In this document: positions 62,711-64,000 of the stretch, piece after piece | How positions within the stretch are numbered: the stretch's first letter is position 1 | How the letters are laid out: each line of letters begins with the position of its first letter | Origin: Vicugna vicugna | Taxonomy: Eukaryota | Direction: 5' to 3' | DNA: 64,000 nucleotides | Assembly (NCBI GenBank): GCA_013265495.1 | Contig: MU057887.1 | Coordinates: forward strand, 507,985 to 571,984 | Made by a program: the position numbers and the translations under genes | Notes under the pieces: model-generated | What the model was told of the DNA's origin: nothing | Databases searched by the model: none | Seen by the model: only the letters and a program-made list of their open reading frames with translations

Positions 62711-63502
62711 TTTCACTGTACTGATTTAAAAAAAAAAATGGGGCAACAGCCTGAAAAGACAGCAAGGTTCAAGGGATTTCCCCCCAAGCATATCATTATA
62801 AAAATTTCAAACATACAAGTTGAAAGAATTTCATAGTATACCTCCACATATTTACCACTAAATTCTATAATTAACATTGTACTAAGCTTGCTTTTCACAC
62901 ATCCACCTATCCTCAATGTCCTGTATGTATATATTTATGCCAATGAAAATTATCCAATAAGGGAGAAACAGACAATTCAAAAGAGAAAGATGATCATTAC
63001 AAAAGCAAAGAACTGAGGAGGGGACAGGATCCAAAGCACAAGTGGAGAGGATGGCCTTAGATAGAGTCAAGCACCCTTGTGGTAGTTCCCTGCTAAAAAT
63101 CCTTCAAAGTCTAACTTTTTCCCCCAGAAAGTTAAATACAAATTCTTCACTCTGGCAAGGATTTATTCAATAGGATTCCGTATTTCCCACTGCTTCCCTA
63201 CCTACACACTATATTCTGGCTAATTTGGACTATTACCTATCCCACAAACAGACTTTCACAAAACCCTAGAAAAATACTCTTTACACTATGAGCCCAGCTC
63301 AAATGCCAACTCCTCTAGAAAACCTTTCCTAAGCTTCACCTATTCCTGTCCATAACTCCCCAAGTCAGATGTTGTATTTTCCTTGTTTAAAGTTTCACGT
63401 GTTACTTGGCTTTCTATTTCAGTTAGTGTGTCATTTTCTTACACTCCTTACACCTTCAGGTCAGGAGCTGTCAATCTACACATCTTTTGCTACTTCTAAC
63501 AC

Positions 63503-63562
63503 TATATATAATATATACATATATATGCATACATATATATATATACACACACGTATATATAT
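63503..63562. repeat. (TA)n/(CA)n compound microsatellite
   Basis: tatatataatatatacatatatatgcatacatatatatatatacacacacgtatatatat. Confidence 0.88.
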
Positions 63563-64000
63563 GACAGCTATTTGCTGCATCTGAGTTGAAAACATAAGGT
63601 TAAGATTAAAATGAAAATCTTATGCTACCCATAAAAAGCCCAAAATTAGATTTTACTAAAAACAAGCAAATGAGAACATGTCAAGTTTCGGCAGGTGGTG
63701 ACAACAGAAAACTATCACAAATAGTAAAACTAACTAAATTAAAGCATAAAAGGAAATGAGCATAACAGGGAATTATCAATTGGTTTAACAAAAGTCTATC
63801 TGAATATGCCAATAATTCTGTAAAATTAAAAAATGATCTACTAATGTGTTCAAACGAACATAAATGGAATATCACCCATTAAATCAGTCATAAACAAGTA
63901 TTATATTGAGTTTTGGCCTTCCTATAGCAAAAAGAATATGAACACCTTAGGCAAAATTCAGTAATAAGTAAGTCAGAAATTTTTGTTGTGGCAAGATGGC

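Noticed and set aside
54219..64000. SMC1B exon 1 or a promoter CpG island
   Set aside because: No CpG island and no 'FKS...GPF...IIGPNGS' coding segment found; the stretch is repeat-rich intron 1, so exon 1 lies beyond the window.

Overview
Mammalian genomic DNA lying entirely inside one gene, SMC1B (meiosis-specific cohesin subunit SMC1-beta), on the minus strand. I mapped 21 consecutive internal coding exons, numbered 2-22 from my recollection of the 25-exon mammalian structure. All have GT-AG boundaries and compatible phases, and they join into a 3,316-nt reading frame with no stop. It runs from the Walker A 'GKS' through the Q-loop, coiled coils and hinge ([13 protein letters not shown]) to the ABC signature LSGGEK. 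Exon 1 lies beyond position 64000 and the last exons lie before position 1. The introns are mostly transposon debris (L1, L2, L3/CR1, MIR, MaLR/ERVL LTRs, hAT elements). Three tRNA-derived SINEs with target-site duplications resemble the camelid Vic-1 family, which suggests a camel or alpaca-type genome (inference). I found no novel multi-gene system. The best leads are splice-site arrangements that would create premature stops (competing donors at exons 8 and 15, an 89-nt intron), a steep GC3/CpG rise at the 3' exons, and a few young or oddly built insertions. Repeat boundaries and family names are by eye and approximate.
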